Origin: a virus
Reading direction: 5' to 3' (one strand)
DNA length: 64,000 nucleotides
Virus record (IMG/VR): IMGVR_UViG_3300027908_000024
Location: 12,860 to 76,859 of that record
The translations under genes and the position numbers were made by a program. Under the pieces are notes generated by a model, which ran no database searches, had not been told where the DNA came from, and worked only from the letters and a program-made list of their open reading frames with translations. Position 1 is the stretch's first letter. Every line of letters starts with the position of its first letter. Positions 25,071 through 34,734 of the stretch are shown here, piece by piece.

Positions 25071-26768
25071 TCAACCACCCCGACACCACGTTCGCCAGCA
25101 TTCACGATACCGTGCCTCAACAGCCCTTACATAATCCCGGCACACCGGGCTGTCGAGCAATTCTCGGCGCAGTGTCTTGCGCGGCAGCGCCAATGAACTT
25201 GGATTGCAAGCCATCGCGATGGCCGTGTCCACAAAATCTCCCCATGAACACCGCGTAACCCACTCTTTTCTGCCCATTGCGGTCAACGCCGTACTGGCCA
25301 ATCTCCCACAGATATTGCGTCCGTAGCGCGTCAGGACCGGCACCCCCATGTACAGCGCCTCCATCGCCACCACGCCGGCGCCATGAGGCCAGCAGTCAAG
25401 ACACAAATCCACTTGCTGTATCGCCAGTAAGTGTTCTGGCCTGGTGGACACCAGGCCGAACATCACTCTATCCGGCGCAATGCCTTCCATGAAGGATAGC
25501 ACACGCCGCTGACAATCCGGCTTGGCAAACGCTTCGTCCTTGAAGAGCATCTTGCTGGTCGGCACGCGCTTGAGTATTTCCGCATAGGCGCGCAAGCATT
25601 CACCGCCCATCTTTTCATGCCGCCAGAAAGCGCCAAACGTCACATAGCCGTTGCGCCTCTTTGGTGCCATCGTATCACCCTTGAGATGGTACTCGCTCAT
25701 GTCTTCAAGAGTCATGACACAGGGAAGATCGATCACCTTTTCGGCAAACCACTTCCGCTCCTCTGGTGGAACCACCACCGGATCGGCAAAGAAGTAATCG
25801 ATCTCCGGACAGCCCGTGCCCGTGACATATCCCCAGGCCGTCACCTGTACGGGCGCTGGCTTTCTGGTGAACAACGCCAAGCGATGACCGTTCGTGTGTC
25901 CCGAGAGGTCCACCAGAATATCAATCTTATCCGCGCGGATGAGTTCATCGGCGCGTTCATCGGAGAGTTTGTCGATGTCGCGCCAACGCTTGTTGGCATA
26001 CTTGCGAAAGTTCTCCGCCTTGGCATCCTTGGCAGGGTCCACGTACATGGTTGAGTAGAAGTATGCCTCAAATTCTGAGCTATGACCCGTCACAACAGGC
26101 CCAAAGACGCTGCTCGCGCTATGGTGTTTGAAATCACCCGAGACATAGCCGACTCGTAATGGGCGCTCGGGATCGCGACTGTTCGTGTGAGGTTGTTTCT
26201 CTCCCTTGAAGCCATGCTTCGCGTGCCAGCGCTGGCGTGACTCCAGCAACACGTCAGGCGTCACGTCAAGCAATGATTTCACAAAACAGAGACTTGTGGC
26301 CGCGCCAACATGATCTGGTTGAAAATCGATGGCCTGTTGATACATGGCGGCTGACTCGTTCACCTTGGCGTCCGCGTTGAGTGCCACGGCCAATGACAGC
26401 CTCGCTGGGTTGCCATCCGCATTCAGTGGTGCCAACTTCAGCGCCTCGCGGCCCATCGCGACGGCCTGAGTTAATTGCCCAGCTTCCAGGAGCAACAAGC
26501 AATGGTTGGCCATCATGATGTGATTGTTCGGATCGATGATCAGCGCGCGTTCGATGGCAAGCAGAGACTCTGCCACTTTTCCACCCTGCGCCAACAGACA
26601 CGCCAGATTCTGTGTCGCCACGGCATGGCGTGGTTCCAGACTCAGCGCCTGGAGATAGCGGTTGTGCGACAACCCCAGATCACCGGACATCTGCGCCTCA
26701 ATGGCACCGCGAACCCATTCGTCGGCCATCGACGTGCCGCCGGCCTGGATCAAGACATAGGGTTGCAT
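25071..26768 (-). CDS. TPR-containing O-GlcNAc transferase-like protein (SPINDLY/GT41 family)
   Basis: N-terminal TPRs; LRVGYVSGDFKHHS, DILVDLSGHT, KPAPVQVTAWGY, DLCLDCWPHG...EALYMGVPVLT. Confidence 0.9.
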   Translation of the reverse strand: MQPYVLIQAGGTSMADEWVRGAIEAQMSGDLGLSHNRYLQALSLEPRHAVATQNLACLLAQGGKVAESLLAIERALIIDPNNHIMMANHCLLLLEAGQLTQAVAMGREALKLAPLNADGNPARLSLAVALNADAKVNESAAMYQQAIDFQPDHVGAATSLCFVKSLLDVTPDVLLESRQRWHAKHGFKGEKQPHTNSRDPERPLRVGYVSGDFKHHSASSVFGPVVTGHSSEFEAYFYSTMYVDPAKDAKAENFRKYANKRWRDIDKLSDERADELIRADKIDILVDLSGHTNGHRLALFTRKPAPVQVTAWGYVTGTGCPEIDYFFADPVVVPPEERKWFAEKVIDLPCVMTLEDMSEYHLKGDTMAPKRRNGYVTFGAFWRHEKMGGECLRAYAEILKRVPTSKMLFKDEAFAKPDCQRRVLSFMEGIAPDRVMFGLVSTRPEHLLAIQQVDLCLDCWPHGAGVVAMEALYMGVPVLTRYGRNICGRLASTALTAMGRKEWVTRCSWGDFVDTAIAMACNPSSLALPRKTLRRELLDSPVCRDYVRAVEARYRECWRTWCRGG

Positions 26769-26774
26769 GTATCC

Positions 26775-27611
26775 TTATCCTTCCTGCCACGACAACTCGT
26801 CAACCAATGCCTGGCTGCATCGCGCCGCTTCCAGGTCTCCATCCTCGCGAAACAACTGCGCCTGCCGCTGACACCAACTCATCACGGCCGCGCTGAACTT
26901 CGGCCAATCGACCGGACAGTATTCCTCCACGACCTTGCCCATGCGCAGGTAGTCCCTCATGTTCTCGGCAGTCCTGGCAAGCCTTCCGGTATGGTTGCTC
27001 GCATGATCTCGGTAGCAGGCCAGCGGCCGGCGCACCCAGACAGCGCCGCCCATGTAGCGCATGCGCAACCAGCATTCCCAATCGGAGCAGTGAATCAACC
27101 GCTCATCCCACAGGCCATGCTTCTCATAGGCTGCGTGCCTGACCACGACGCTCGGCACGTAGAGCGGGTTGCGAAAGTGGATGTCCTGGATCTTGTGCGT
27201 CTCCGTCCAGTCATGGGTAGCCAATCCTATCGGAACGCCGTCCTCGCGAACCAGGATGGTTTCACACGCTGACAGTGCCACGTTGGGATTGCGCTCCATC
27301 GTGGCACGCATGAGATCGTAGAAGCCGGGCAGGACAAAATCGTCTGGGTGGACGACAGCGATTAAATCTTTTGTCGCGGCACGGATGGCCATATTGTGTG
27401 ATTTAACGCCACCCTGTTCGCTATCGTTGCGCAGGTAGCTGGCATGATACTTTTCGGCCAGTGCCTGGATCTCCGAACCGTTGTTCGAGCAGTCATCGAC
27501 AACGATAATCTCGTCGCGGAGAAAATCCAGCTGAAGCATACTGTAATGGAGCGCATGCTCCAGCCAGTCGGCGCGCGGATTATGGCAGGGGATCAGGACG
27601 GAGAACGTCAT
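26775..27611 (-). CDS. GT2-family glycosyltransferase
   Basis: FSVLIPCHNP...EIIVVDDCS...VHPDD...DWECWLR; close paralog of the GT2 domain in 6850..9789. Confidence 0.9.
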   Translation of the reverse strand: MTFSVLIPCHNPRADWLEHALHYSMLQLDFLRDEIIVVDDCSNNGSEIQALAEKYHASYLRNDSEQGGVKSHNMAIRAATKDLIAVVHPDDFVLPGFYDLMRATMERNPNVALSACETILVREDGVPIGLATHDWTETHKIQDIHFRNPLYVPSVVVRHAAYEKHGLWDERLIHCSDWECWLRMRYMGGAVWVRRPLACYRDHASNHTGRLARTAENMRDYLRMGKVVEEYCPVDWPKFSAAVMSWCQRQAQLFREDGDLEAARCSQALVDELSWQEG

Positions 27612-28195
27612 GCGCGCGACCTCTTCTTTTTCTGGTTCGGCGCTGGCGCGTTGGCCAGAAAGAGCACCTTGAAGGGCCGCTTCACACCCGCACTACCAGC
27701 CTCAGCCGCCTCCAGCGCAATCCGGATGGCTTTTGCCGGCTCGATGCCCGTCATCTTGTGGATGGCGAACAGGGCACCGACAGCAATATCCTCGCCACAG
27801 CCAACCGATGAATAGGCGCGGCACTCCTCGCCAACCTGAAAATCACCGTAAATAGTGAAAAGTCTACCCATGTAGGCGACCATGAAGCAGCCACCCTCCT
27901 CCCGCTCATTGTCCTTGGCCATGTAACCAGTGTTTCGGAAACGGTTGCGCACTGCATCGATAAACTCTGTCACCATGTATTCGTAAACATCCAACCCCTG
28001 ATGATGCTTCGGAGGCGAGAAACCGTAGCGCAGCACCTGACCCATGCGAAATGAGTTGGTAAAACCAAACAGGAAGCCGCTGTTGAGGAACACCTTCTCA
28101 TCGGCGCGCACCGACAGATGATAACCGGCCACGCCAGCACTGTCACCGCCCATCCACACACCCTGTTTGGTTACAAGGCCGACAATACAGGTCAT
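27608..28195 (-). CDS. hslV: HslV/proteasome-beta-like Ntn peptidase
   Basis: MTCIVG (N-terminal Thr after Met removal), GGDSA, DEKVF, SVGCGEDIAVGAL, ALEAAEA. Confidence 0.75.
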   Translation of the reverse strand: MTCIVGLVTKQGVWMGGDSAGVAGYHLSVRADEKVFLNSGFLFGFTNSFRMGQVLRYGFSPPKHHQGLDVYEYMVTEFIDAVRNRFRNTGYMAKDNEREEGGCFMVAYMGRLFTIYGDFQVGEECRAYSSVGCGEDIAVGALFAIHKMTGIEPAKAIRIALEAAEAGSAGVKRPFKVLFLANAPAPNQKKKRSRA

Positions 28196-28220
28196 GATAA
28201 GATTGCTCCGCGCCGCACCG

Positions 28221-28643
28221 TCATTTCTCCAGCGTATCTCTCACCGTCGCCTCAACGGCCAACTTGAGTAACCCCGGATAATCACTGGACGTGAACAGGT
28301 TCCACGGTGCCATCTGGGCCACACAGAACTCCCAGCCCTTGGCCTTGTCCCATCGCGCCAGGTAGGCGACATTGAGCATGTTATGATCGGGGTCCAGGAA
28401 CGGCTCGCCGAAGTCCTTGCGATAGTTGAATTCCAGCGTGGGTTCTTCCGTGGTTCCCGACACCACGACCCTGACCTGATCCTTGTGCTCGGGTCTGTTA
28501 AGGTAGACGAGCATCGTTTGATCGCCCACTTGCTGTCGGCCGTAGGCGCGGATGCGCAGCCAGGCCGCGTATTCCCACTGGCCTTGACGATCCATGTGCT
28601 CAGCGAACAGGAGATACTTCAGGGTTTCGCGGTGAGGGAGCAT
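28221..28643 (-). CDS. Hypothetical protein
   Basis: 140 aa, co-oriented, with RBS. Confidence 0.6.
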   Translation of the reverse strand: MLPHRETLKYLLFAEHMDRQGQWEYAAWLRIRAYGRQQVGDQTMLVYLNRPEHKDQVRVVVSGTTEEPTLEFNYRKDFGEPFLDPDHNMLNVAYLARWDKAKGWEFCVAQMAPWNLFTSSDYPGLLKLAVEATVRDTLEK

Positions 28644-28654
28644 TGGTGATCTCG

Positions 28655-28945
28655 TCAGACCAGTTTGACCGACCTTACCATCTCATCGGCGGCGATTTCT
28701 GCCGTCTTGCCAGTTCCGATGTTAACACAGAGAAACGTATTATTGTCAGGCGGTTTTTTGTAAACCATGTCCGTCCTGATCCACCTGTCAAGTGAACCGG
28801 CTCTCTCGAACCACGAACCGCTTCCTAGTTGCTCCATCTTGACATTGTAAGAGCGGCGATGAAGGAGAAGACGCTCAGCAACTTCATCAAAATCAGGAAG
28901 ATCGGCCAGTTTCTCAAGGATGATCCCCGTGTCAACATACGCCAT
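28655..28945 (-). CDS. Hypothetical protein
   Basis: 96 aa, GAGG RBS. Confidence 0.6.
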   Translation of the reverse strand: MAYVDTGIILEKLADLPDFDEVAERLLLHRRSYNVKMEQLGSGSWFERAGSLDRWIRTDMVYKKPPDNNTFLCVNIGTGKTAEIAADEMVRSVKLV

Positions 28946-28963
28946 CGTAACCTCAATTCTCTG

Positions 28964-31336
28964 TCACCCTTTCACAAACCACAACTGCCCGGGACCTTCC
29001 CGCACAGTCATCTTCCCGGCGAAGCACTTATCGAGTACGGCCGAAACAATCGGATCGGAGCGATTCGTGCCGCACAACAACCCTTCCGGTTTCATCTTGG
29101 AAAGCCAGGATTCGATTTCCTTGAGGAGTCCAAGTGGATCACCAACGCTGTCGAGAAGCGCCATGTCGAAAGAAACCGTTTCCAGTTGCTTTGCATACAC
29201 GGACGATTCGATTTCCATGAAGGTTGTCGCAATGCGAGGCCGTAAGCGGGTGAGAGCCTTGAGAACACGGTCGCGCTCCACCGGCCAGTCAAGATCCGCC
29301 ATTTGAAACGGAACAGAATCATTGACGGCCGTGTCGCAAACCATGACGTAGCAATGCGTCGGTATCGCGAGCGTGATCGCGGACGCGGGGCGATAAGGCC
29401 AGCGGCCGACGACAAGACAGCTTCCACCCCGGCCTATTTCACCGGCGCGATCCGCCAACCACGCCAATTCAATTGCGTGAAAGCAACCGGGAACACTTGC
29501 GGACCAGTTGACCGCTTCATCGGTCTTGAACGGCCGGGGCTGATCGATAAAATCAGGCCGCTTCCATGCCGTTACGCGACCGAGCAAAACATCCGTCAGT
29601 GATCGCTTCCCTTCAGAAAACAGCGCATCATTGCGGAACAGTTGAATCAGCTTGTCTTCAGTCTTCGCTGACGTTTCAGTAATCAGTGATGGTGCCGCTG
29701 GCTGATCCATAACAACCTCAGATCCTCGCTCGCCATTCGTCTCAGCGCGCCTGGAAAACCAGATACTGTTATATACCGCCCTGCTCCACGGCCAACCCGC
29801 TGGCACAAGTACCTCATCAAGCGCTCGGGCAACCTCTGGCTCCTGCGCATCGTGCCCGCAGATCATACCGTTTTTCTTGAGCTTTGGGAGCCAGGCCGCC
29901 ACGTCTTCCTTGACACTCTCAAAGTCGTGTTTGCCATCGATAAACACAACGTCCAGGCCGCCATCCTCTGTGTGCGCCGCTTCCTCTACGGACGATGAGC
30001 GAATAAATCCTGCCTGGAGCCAGGGACGTATTTCCTTGATGGCGCACTGCGTCTTGAGCCACTCATGGAGTGCAACTTCGGGATCGAGCATGCCGCGCCC
30101 GGCGTTGCCACGGTCCTCAACCATAGAGAGCCAATTATCGACACCGGCCACCGCTGCGCCGGCCGTGGCGGCCAGTGCGACAGCTGCAAAGCTGCGCCCG
30201 CTCCAGATCCCGACATCGAGCCAACTGCCACCGTTGGGGAGTTTGGCCGCCTGTTCGGCGAGCCAGAGGAGTTCTGCTGGATGCATCCAGCCGGGAACAC
30301 TTGCGGCCCATCGCACGGCCTCCAGTGGAGTCAATGGCTCGATCTGTGGCTTGTGTGAGGGTCTGTCGTAGACGGCGCGCAGTGAGAAAGCGTAATCACC
30401 ACGCTTGAGATCAGACTCATCCAGGAAGCGCGCGATGCGGAACGGATCGGGAGGCAGGTCGGGCTTTGGTTTGCTGGTCAGGGGGGCGACGTGGCTCACG
30501 GATGGCGAGTCGAGTTGGTCTTTGATCGCGGGTCCGGAGATGGCGTCTGGTTCGGGAGGGCCGTCGCCTTTGTCGCTCTGCCATTGACCCCAAGGTGAAT
30601 CGTTGTAGAAGTGCGCAGGCCCTTCGTGTCCAAGCCGTACACACCGACTGGCAAACACGCGAACATCCCTGCGCTCGGCGAGCCAAGCCGACCAGTTCCA
30701 GTCCTCACTTAATACGCTGGCATGTGCCATACCATTTTTGTCGCGCCATAATCCGTCACGAATGGTGAATCCACGAAATTCATCTACCCACGGATGATCC
30801 AGCCGTGCGATCCACAATCCGGTATTGATCATCAGCATATCTTTTGGATGACCGCAACCGGCCGCATCAAAGGTGACGGGCAGGCGCATGATTTCCGTCA
30901 TGGTGAAGCGCGTGGTGTCGAGGCTGCCGAATGGTCGCCAGCCTGTTGATACAAGACCTCTTGGATCTTTTAACGCTGCGATAATGCTCAGAACGTCAGC
31001 GTTAACTCGCTGCATCTCATCGAGCATTGTGTCTACATACCACGGGTCCGGAACCATGTCGCTGTGAAGCATCATGAAGTAATTGATGCCTAATGTTTTC
31101 CTGGCATTCAGTGCCTCGGCAAAAATTCGGTTGAAGTTGTAGCATAGCAGTGATGCCGGTTCGTCACAGACATGCGGGATGATGCGCTGGCTGGCGGTCA
31201 ACACCGCCATCAAGACGCCGCGCTTGAGGTCGCCGTAGTGCGGGATGCCGAGAAAGACTTTTGGCGCTGTTGTGGCGACAGACTGCAAGTCTCTCGTTTG
31301 TTCCAAGACCGGCTCGGTGAGTATGTCGGCAGACAT
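28964..31336 (-). CDS. GT-A-fold glycosyltransferase-like domain fused to two methyltransferase (Methyltransf_24-like) domains, the second degenerate
   Basis: VFLGIP...MMLHSDM (DxD-like), NTGLWIA, SEDWNWS; WLDVGIWSGRS, VVFIDGKHD...KNGMICGHD; second copy DMALLDS...GLLCGTN. Start at MSADIL. Confidence 0.8.
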   Translation of the reverse strand: MSADILTEPVLEQTRDLQSVATTAPKVFLGIPHYGDLKRGVLMAVLTASQRIIPHVCDEPASLLCYNFNRIFAEALNARKTLGINYFMMLHSDMVPDPWYVDTMLDEMQRVNADVLSIIAALKDPRGLVSTGWRPFGSLDTTRFTMTEIMRLPVTFDAAGCGHPKDMLMINTGLWIARLDHPWVDEFRGFTIRDGLWRDKNGMAHASVLSEDWNWSAWLAERRDVRVFASRCVRLGHEGPAHFYNDSPWGQWQSDKGDGPPEPDAISGPAIKDQLDSPSVSHVAPLTSKPKPDLPPDPFRIARFLDESDLKRGDYAFSLRAVYDRPSHKPQIEPLTPLEAVRWAASVPGWMHPAELLWLAEQAAKLPNGGSWLDVGIWSGRSFAAVALAATAGAAVAGVDNWLSMVEDRGNAGRGMLDPEVALHEWLKTQCAIKEIRPWLQAGFIRSSSVEEAAHTEDGGLDVVFIDGKHDFESVKEDVAAWLPKLKKNGMICGHDAQEPEVARALDEVLVPAGWPWSRAVYNSIWFSRRAETNGERGSEVVMDQPAAPSLITETSAKTEDKLIQLFRNDALFSEGKRSLTDVLLGRVTAWKRPDFIDQPRPFKTDEAVNWSASVPGCFHAIELAWLADRAGEIGRGGSCLVVGRWPYRPASAITLAIPTHCYVMVCDTAVNDSVPFQMADLDWPVERDRVLKALTRLRPRIATTFMEIESSVYAKQLETVSFDMALLDSVGDPLGLLKEIESWLSKMKPEGLLCGTNRSDPIVSAVLDKCFAGKMTVREGPGQLWFVKG

Positions 31337-31482
31337 GAACGATCTCTGCTGGGATGGACGACCGAAGTATTCAACCACCGACCACGATGGAACACAAGAG
31401 AAGGGCGAGTGCAAAGGCGATGCCAACAGCGAAACGTGCCGGATAATCGGAAAAATTCACCCAAATTTACTCGCAACTGACG

Positions 31483-31549
31483 TGGACAGAATGTCGGTAG
31501 TAGGGTAGAATAAGCGAGCCGGGCTGACGGTGGAACGTCAGCCCGGCTC
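31483..31549 (+). promoter_or_regulatory. Sigma70-like promoter plus a perfect 14-bp hairpin upstream of the endonuclease gene
   Basis: TGGACA (31483-88), 17 nt, TAGAAT (31506-11); stem gagccgggctgacg / cgtcagcccggctc (31516-49); AGGAGG RBS downstream. Confidence 0.65.
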
Positions 31550-31586
31550 TGAACACCGAGCACCCTAATCACAGGAGGGCACGTCA

Positions 31587-32417
31587 ATGTCTAGGGACCA
31601 TCATATCAAGAATCCGATCCCGAAATTCCCTGACAACATCGACAGGGAGGCGTTTGGGAATTATCTCAGCGGCCTGACAGATGGCGAAGGACACTTTGGC
31701 CTTCACATGAGCAGAGTTAGCCCTTACACCGGGAATATTTTCCCGACGGCTCGCTTTGCGATGACCCTTCGAGCTGATGATGGCGAAATCTTTTCGCTAA
31801 TTCGATCTTTTTGGCAGTGTGGCGACATTAGCCGCTCTGACCCGGTGTCGAAGCGAATGATCAATGGCAAGCCGCAGTTGCACTATCAGGTCCAAAGGGT
31901 CGGTGAGCTTGCCAAAATTATCATCCCTCATTTTGACCGTTTCCAGCTGCATGCCAAAAAGGCCAGGGACTTTCTTATTTGGAAAGAAGCTGTCTTGCTT
32001 TCTCATGCCGTTTCCGAGAGGCCGGTTATGATGCGCCCTGGCTTTGGGCATGGCCGTCTTGCGAAATGGACAGCAAACGAGAAGGAGTTTTATTCAAGGC
32101 TTGCGACCGCACTCAAGAACCAGCGGAAATATCAAGAGCCGCTTGCTGACCTTCCTGATTTTGACGAAGAAAAGCGTATTTTATCCATGCCAAATGATCT
32201 TGAATCTGCTGTGGCGGTATGCGATTGGCAGTCCTTGACATTGCCGATTCTCTTGCCGCTCTATCGTCGATTGGGTTCCTGGAGACAGGTAGCATTTGAA
32301 CTCAACGTCTCAAATGCCACCCTTTGCACCCATCTGCGCATGTTGATTGGCTGCTCGTGGACCGAGTTGGCTGAGTTGATGAAGGTCGCTAATAAAAGTG
32401 ACGGACCGGTAGCATGA
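31587..32417 (+). CDS. Free-standing LAGLIDADG homing endonuclease with a C-terminal HTH-like tail
   Basis: YLSGLTDGEGHF, IIPHFDRFQLHAKKARDFLIWKEA; C-term SWRQVAFELNVSNATL; opposite strand to the operon. Confidence 0.85.
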   Translation: MSRDHHIKNPIPKFPDNIDREAFGNYLSGLTDGEGHFGLHMSRVSPYTGNIFPTARFAMTLRADDGEIFSLIRSFWQCGDISRSDPVSKRMINGKPQLHYQVQRVGELAKIIIPHFDRFQLHAKKARDFLIWKEAVLLSHAVSERPVMMRPGFGHGRLAKWTANEKEFYSRLATALKNQRKYQEPLADLPDFDEEKRILSMPNDLESAVAVCDWQSLTLPILLPLYRRLGSWRQVAFELNVSNATLCTHLRMLIGCSWTELAELMKVANKSDGPVA

Positions 32418-32451
32418 TGCCATCGGTCCGGTTGGAGGCTGGCGGAAATTA

Positions 32452-32850
32452 CTACAAAACAGATCGATAGTGTCCCATCAAGGTGAGGCTCGCGTTCGTG
32501 TTGCCTGTTCCCAGCGCCGGCAGTGTTCCCACGATGGCGGTATTCTTGGCTGACGCCTGGATTTCATTCTGGAAGGTTACGGTGATCTGTCCCTGACTGG
32601 CGACAATTGGAGCCGTGATTCCAGTCGCCACCGGGATCTCGAAATGCAGTGTCGCGCTGCCGGCCGTGCCGGTAATCGTCATGTCTACCAATCCACCGGC
32701 CGTCGCCCCGCCGCCAGCAATCGTGAAGCCTGTCAGTACCGCATACTGATCGACCACGGCCGGGATGGTTGCGACAGCGTTGTTGTTCGAGAGGTTGCCT
32801 GAACTCCACGCCTGATCGGCAAAAGTTGCAATGTATGCATGAGTCGCCAT
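32452..32850 (-). CDS. Putative capsid decoration/minor structural protein (paralog 1)
   Basis: 132 aa, beta-rich; shares FADQAWSSGNLSN...ATIPAVVDQY with the next gene. Confidence 0.6.
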   Translation of the reverse strand: MATHAYIATFADQAWSSGNLSNNNAVATIPAVVDQYAVLTGFTIAGGGATAGGLVDMTITGTAGSATLHFEIPVATGITAPIVASQGQITVTFQNEIQASAKNTAIVGTLPALGTGNTNASLTLMGHYRSVL

Positions 32851-32904
32851 TTCAGTTCTCCTATGCCGGCTCCCGGAACGACAGACAAAAAGGATTTTCT
32901 CTGA

Positions 32905-33300
32905 TCAATTCTGGCCACGGTAGTGACCCAACGCCACGACAGCGGAGTTCGTCGAACCGGTTCCCAGGGTGGGCAACGTGACCGTGATTGCAGTGTTGAC
33001 CGCACTGCCGACGAGTTCGTTGGGCGGCGTCCAGATGATCATGCCGTTGGAGGAAACCATCGGTGCTGTGACGCCGGAAGCGACCGGGATCGGCAGAGTT
33101 ATCGTGCCGGCCTTGAGGCCAGCGATCGTCATGTTTACCAGGCTCGCAGCGCTGGCCCCGCCACCAGTGATGATGACGCTCGTCAACACGCCGTATTGAT
33201 CGACGACGGCCGGGATGGTTGCGACAGCCGAGGCATTCGACAGGTTGCCGGAACTCCACGCCTGATCGGCAAAGGGTGCCACTTCTTGAATGGTCGCCAT
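32905..33300 (-). CDS. Putative capsid decoration/minor structural protein (paralog 2)
   Basis: 131 aa tandem paralog. Confidence 0.6.
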   Translation of the reverse strand: MATIQEVAPFADQAWSSGNLSNASAVATIPAVVDQYGVLTSVIITGGGASAASLVNMTIAGLKAGTITLPIPVASGVTAPMVSSNGMIIWTPPNELVGSAVNTAITVTLPTLGTGSTNSAVVALGHYRGQN

Positions 33301-33349
33301 GATGTTCTCTCCTCACAGGTTGCTCAGATGCCAATTCAGATCGTGCTAC

Positions 33350-34156
33350 TCAGACCGGACGACCGGCCACCTGCATTCGCGGTTTTTCTTCTTCGACGCT
33401 GACCTGCCGTGGCATATTGATCACGTCGGTCTTCCATTCTCCCCAGACGCGATCATTAGGATAGCCATAAGATCCGAAATGTTCTGTTTTAACTTTTCTG
33501 GTCGCAACAACTCTGCGCTTCTTGGCTGCCAGCCATGCCGAGAAGTTCCAGTCCTCCGTCAGCACCGATGCCGTATAGGTGCCGTCATCGGAGCGTGTGA
33601 TCCGGTCGAGAGTGCAAAAACCGGGGAAATCTTCCATCCACTCGCCGAGCCTCATCACCCACAACCCGGTGTTGATGGCGAGATAGTTCCAGCGTGGCTC
33701 CTGGTCAAAGATCCTGACATCATCGAGGTCAAATGTCTCGGGAAGTTTCATGATCTCTGTCATGGTCAGACGGCGCACGCCTTGACGATGTGGGCCGCTA
33801 ACGCCGGTCGTAGTCGCGCCGCGCGCGTCTTTTATGCAACAAACCGCTGAGCACACAAACGCCTCTTCGCGCTCCATTTCCTCCAGCATGATGTCGAGCC
33901 AACCAGGCTGCGTACCAATGTCGGCATGGATCATCGCCATCGCCGTCCAGTTCTTCTGCTCCCTGGTGTTCATGCATTCGCAGAAAGCGGAATTGAAGTT
34001 GTTGCACAGCGCCGACGACTGTTTGGGATGCGTCTCCACCACAACCCCATAGTCCCGCCTCTGCGTGGCATGCAGCCACCCGGTCAGGCAACTCGGGTCG
34101 ATGTTGCCGTAGAACGGCGCTGCCAGAAAGACGCGATGAATACCGTCACTCGCCAT
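33350..34156 (-). CDS. GT-A-fold glycosyltransferase-like protein
   Basis: VFLAAPFYG...MIHADI...INTGLWVM...TEDWNFS; paralog of the N-terminal domain of 28964..31336. Confidence 0.75.
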   Translation of the reverse strand: MASDGIHRVFLAAPFYGNIDPSCLTGWLHATQRRDYGVVVETHPKQSSALCNNFNSAFCECMNTREQKNWTAMAMIHADIGTQPGWLDIMLEEMEREEAFVCSAVCCIKDARGATTTGVSGPHRQGVRRLTMTEIMKLPETFDLDDVRIFDQEPRWNYLAINTGLWVMRLGEWMEDFPGFCTLDRITRSDDGTYTASVLTEDWNFSAWLAAKKRRVVATRKVKTEHFGSYGYPNDRVWGEWKTDVINMPRQVSVEEEKPRMQVAGRPV

Positions 34157-34230
34157 TGATCCGTCTCACACTGTAGAAAGCCGACAACGAAAGAAAACGC
34201 TGGGCGATGAGAGAGAGTGAGGCAAGCCAC

Positions 34231-34698
34231 TCACGATCCCAGCACGACCGTCTGACCCACGACCGCCGTGCTCTCGTACTGCGAGGCCGGACTCTGCATG
34301 GTCTGGCCGAGCAGGCCAATGGCCCCGTAGATCACCGCCGTGGTGCCGACCGTGGTGTTGAGCCGGACATAGCGCGCCAGGTTGCCGGAGATGACCGGCA
34401 TGTTGTCGGCCTGGATTTCGAGCTTGGCCTGGATGTTGCTGGCCGTGATCTGCGTCAGGTTCGTGTTGGCGATGTTGCTCGCACCAGCGAAGTTCGAGTT
34501 GACGCTGGCCTGGAGCCGGCCGTCAAGCGTGCCGGTGGCCGTAACGGCACCAACAGAGATCAAATAAAGAGCCCTTTTCCCTTTCGACAGGTCAATGCCT
34601 GGCGACGTGTTGAAGCTGCCAGCGGCAGCATTCGTTGGGAGCGTCTGATCGATGAGCGCCAGTTGCTCGCTCATCCGTTCGCTGTAACCGTAGGCCAT
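34231..34698 (-). CDS. Capsid-associated decoration/cement-like protein
   Basis: 155 aa directly after an MCP gene; IDLS...LYLISVG...RYVRLNTTVG jelly-roll-like pattern. Confidence 0.6.
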   Translation of the reverse strand: MAYGYSERMSEQLALIDQTLPTNAAAGSFNTSPGIDLSKGKRALYLISVGAVTATGTLDGRLQASVNSNFAGASNIANTNLTQITASNIQAKLEIQADNMPVISGNLARYVRLNTTVGTTAVIYGAIGLLGQTMQSPASQYESTAVVGQTVVLGS

Positions 34699-34734
34699 GA
34701 TTCACTCTCCTGTAGACGGATTGACGAGTAACTG

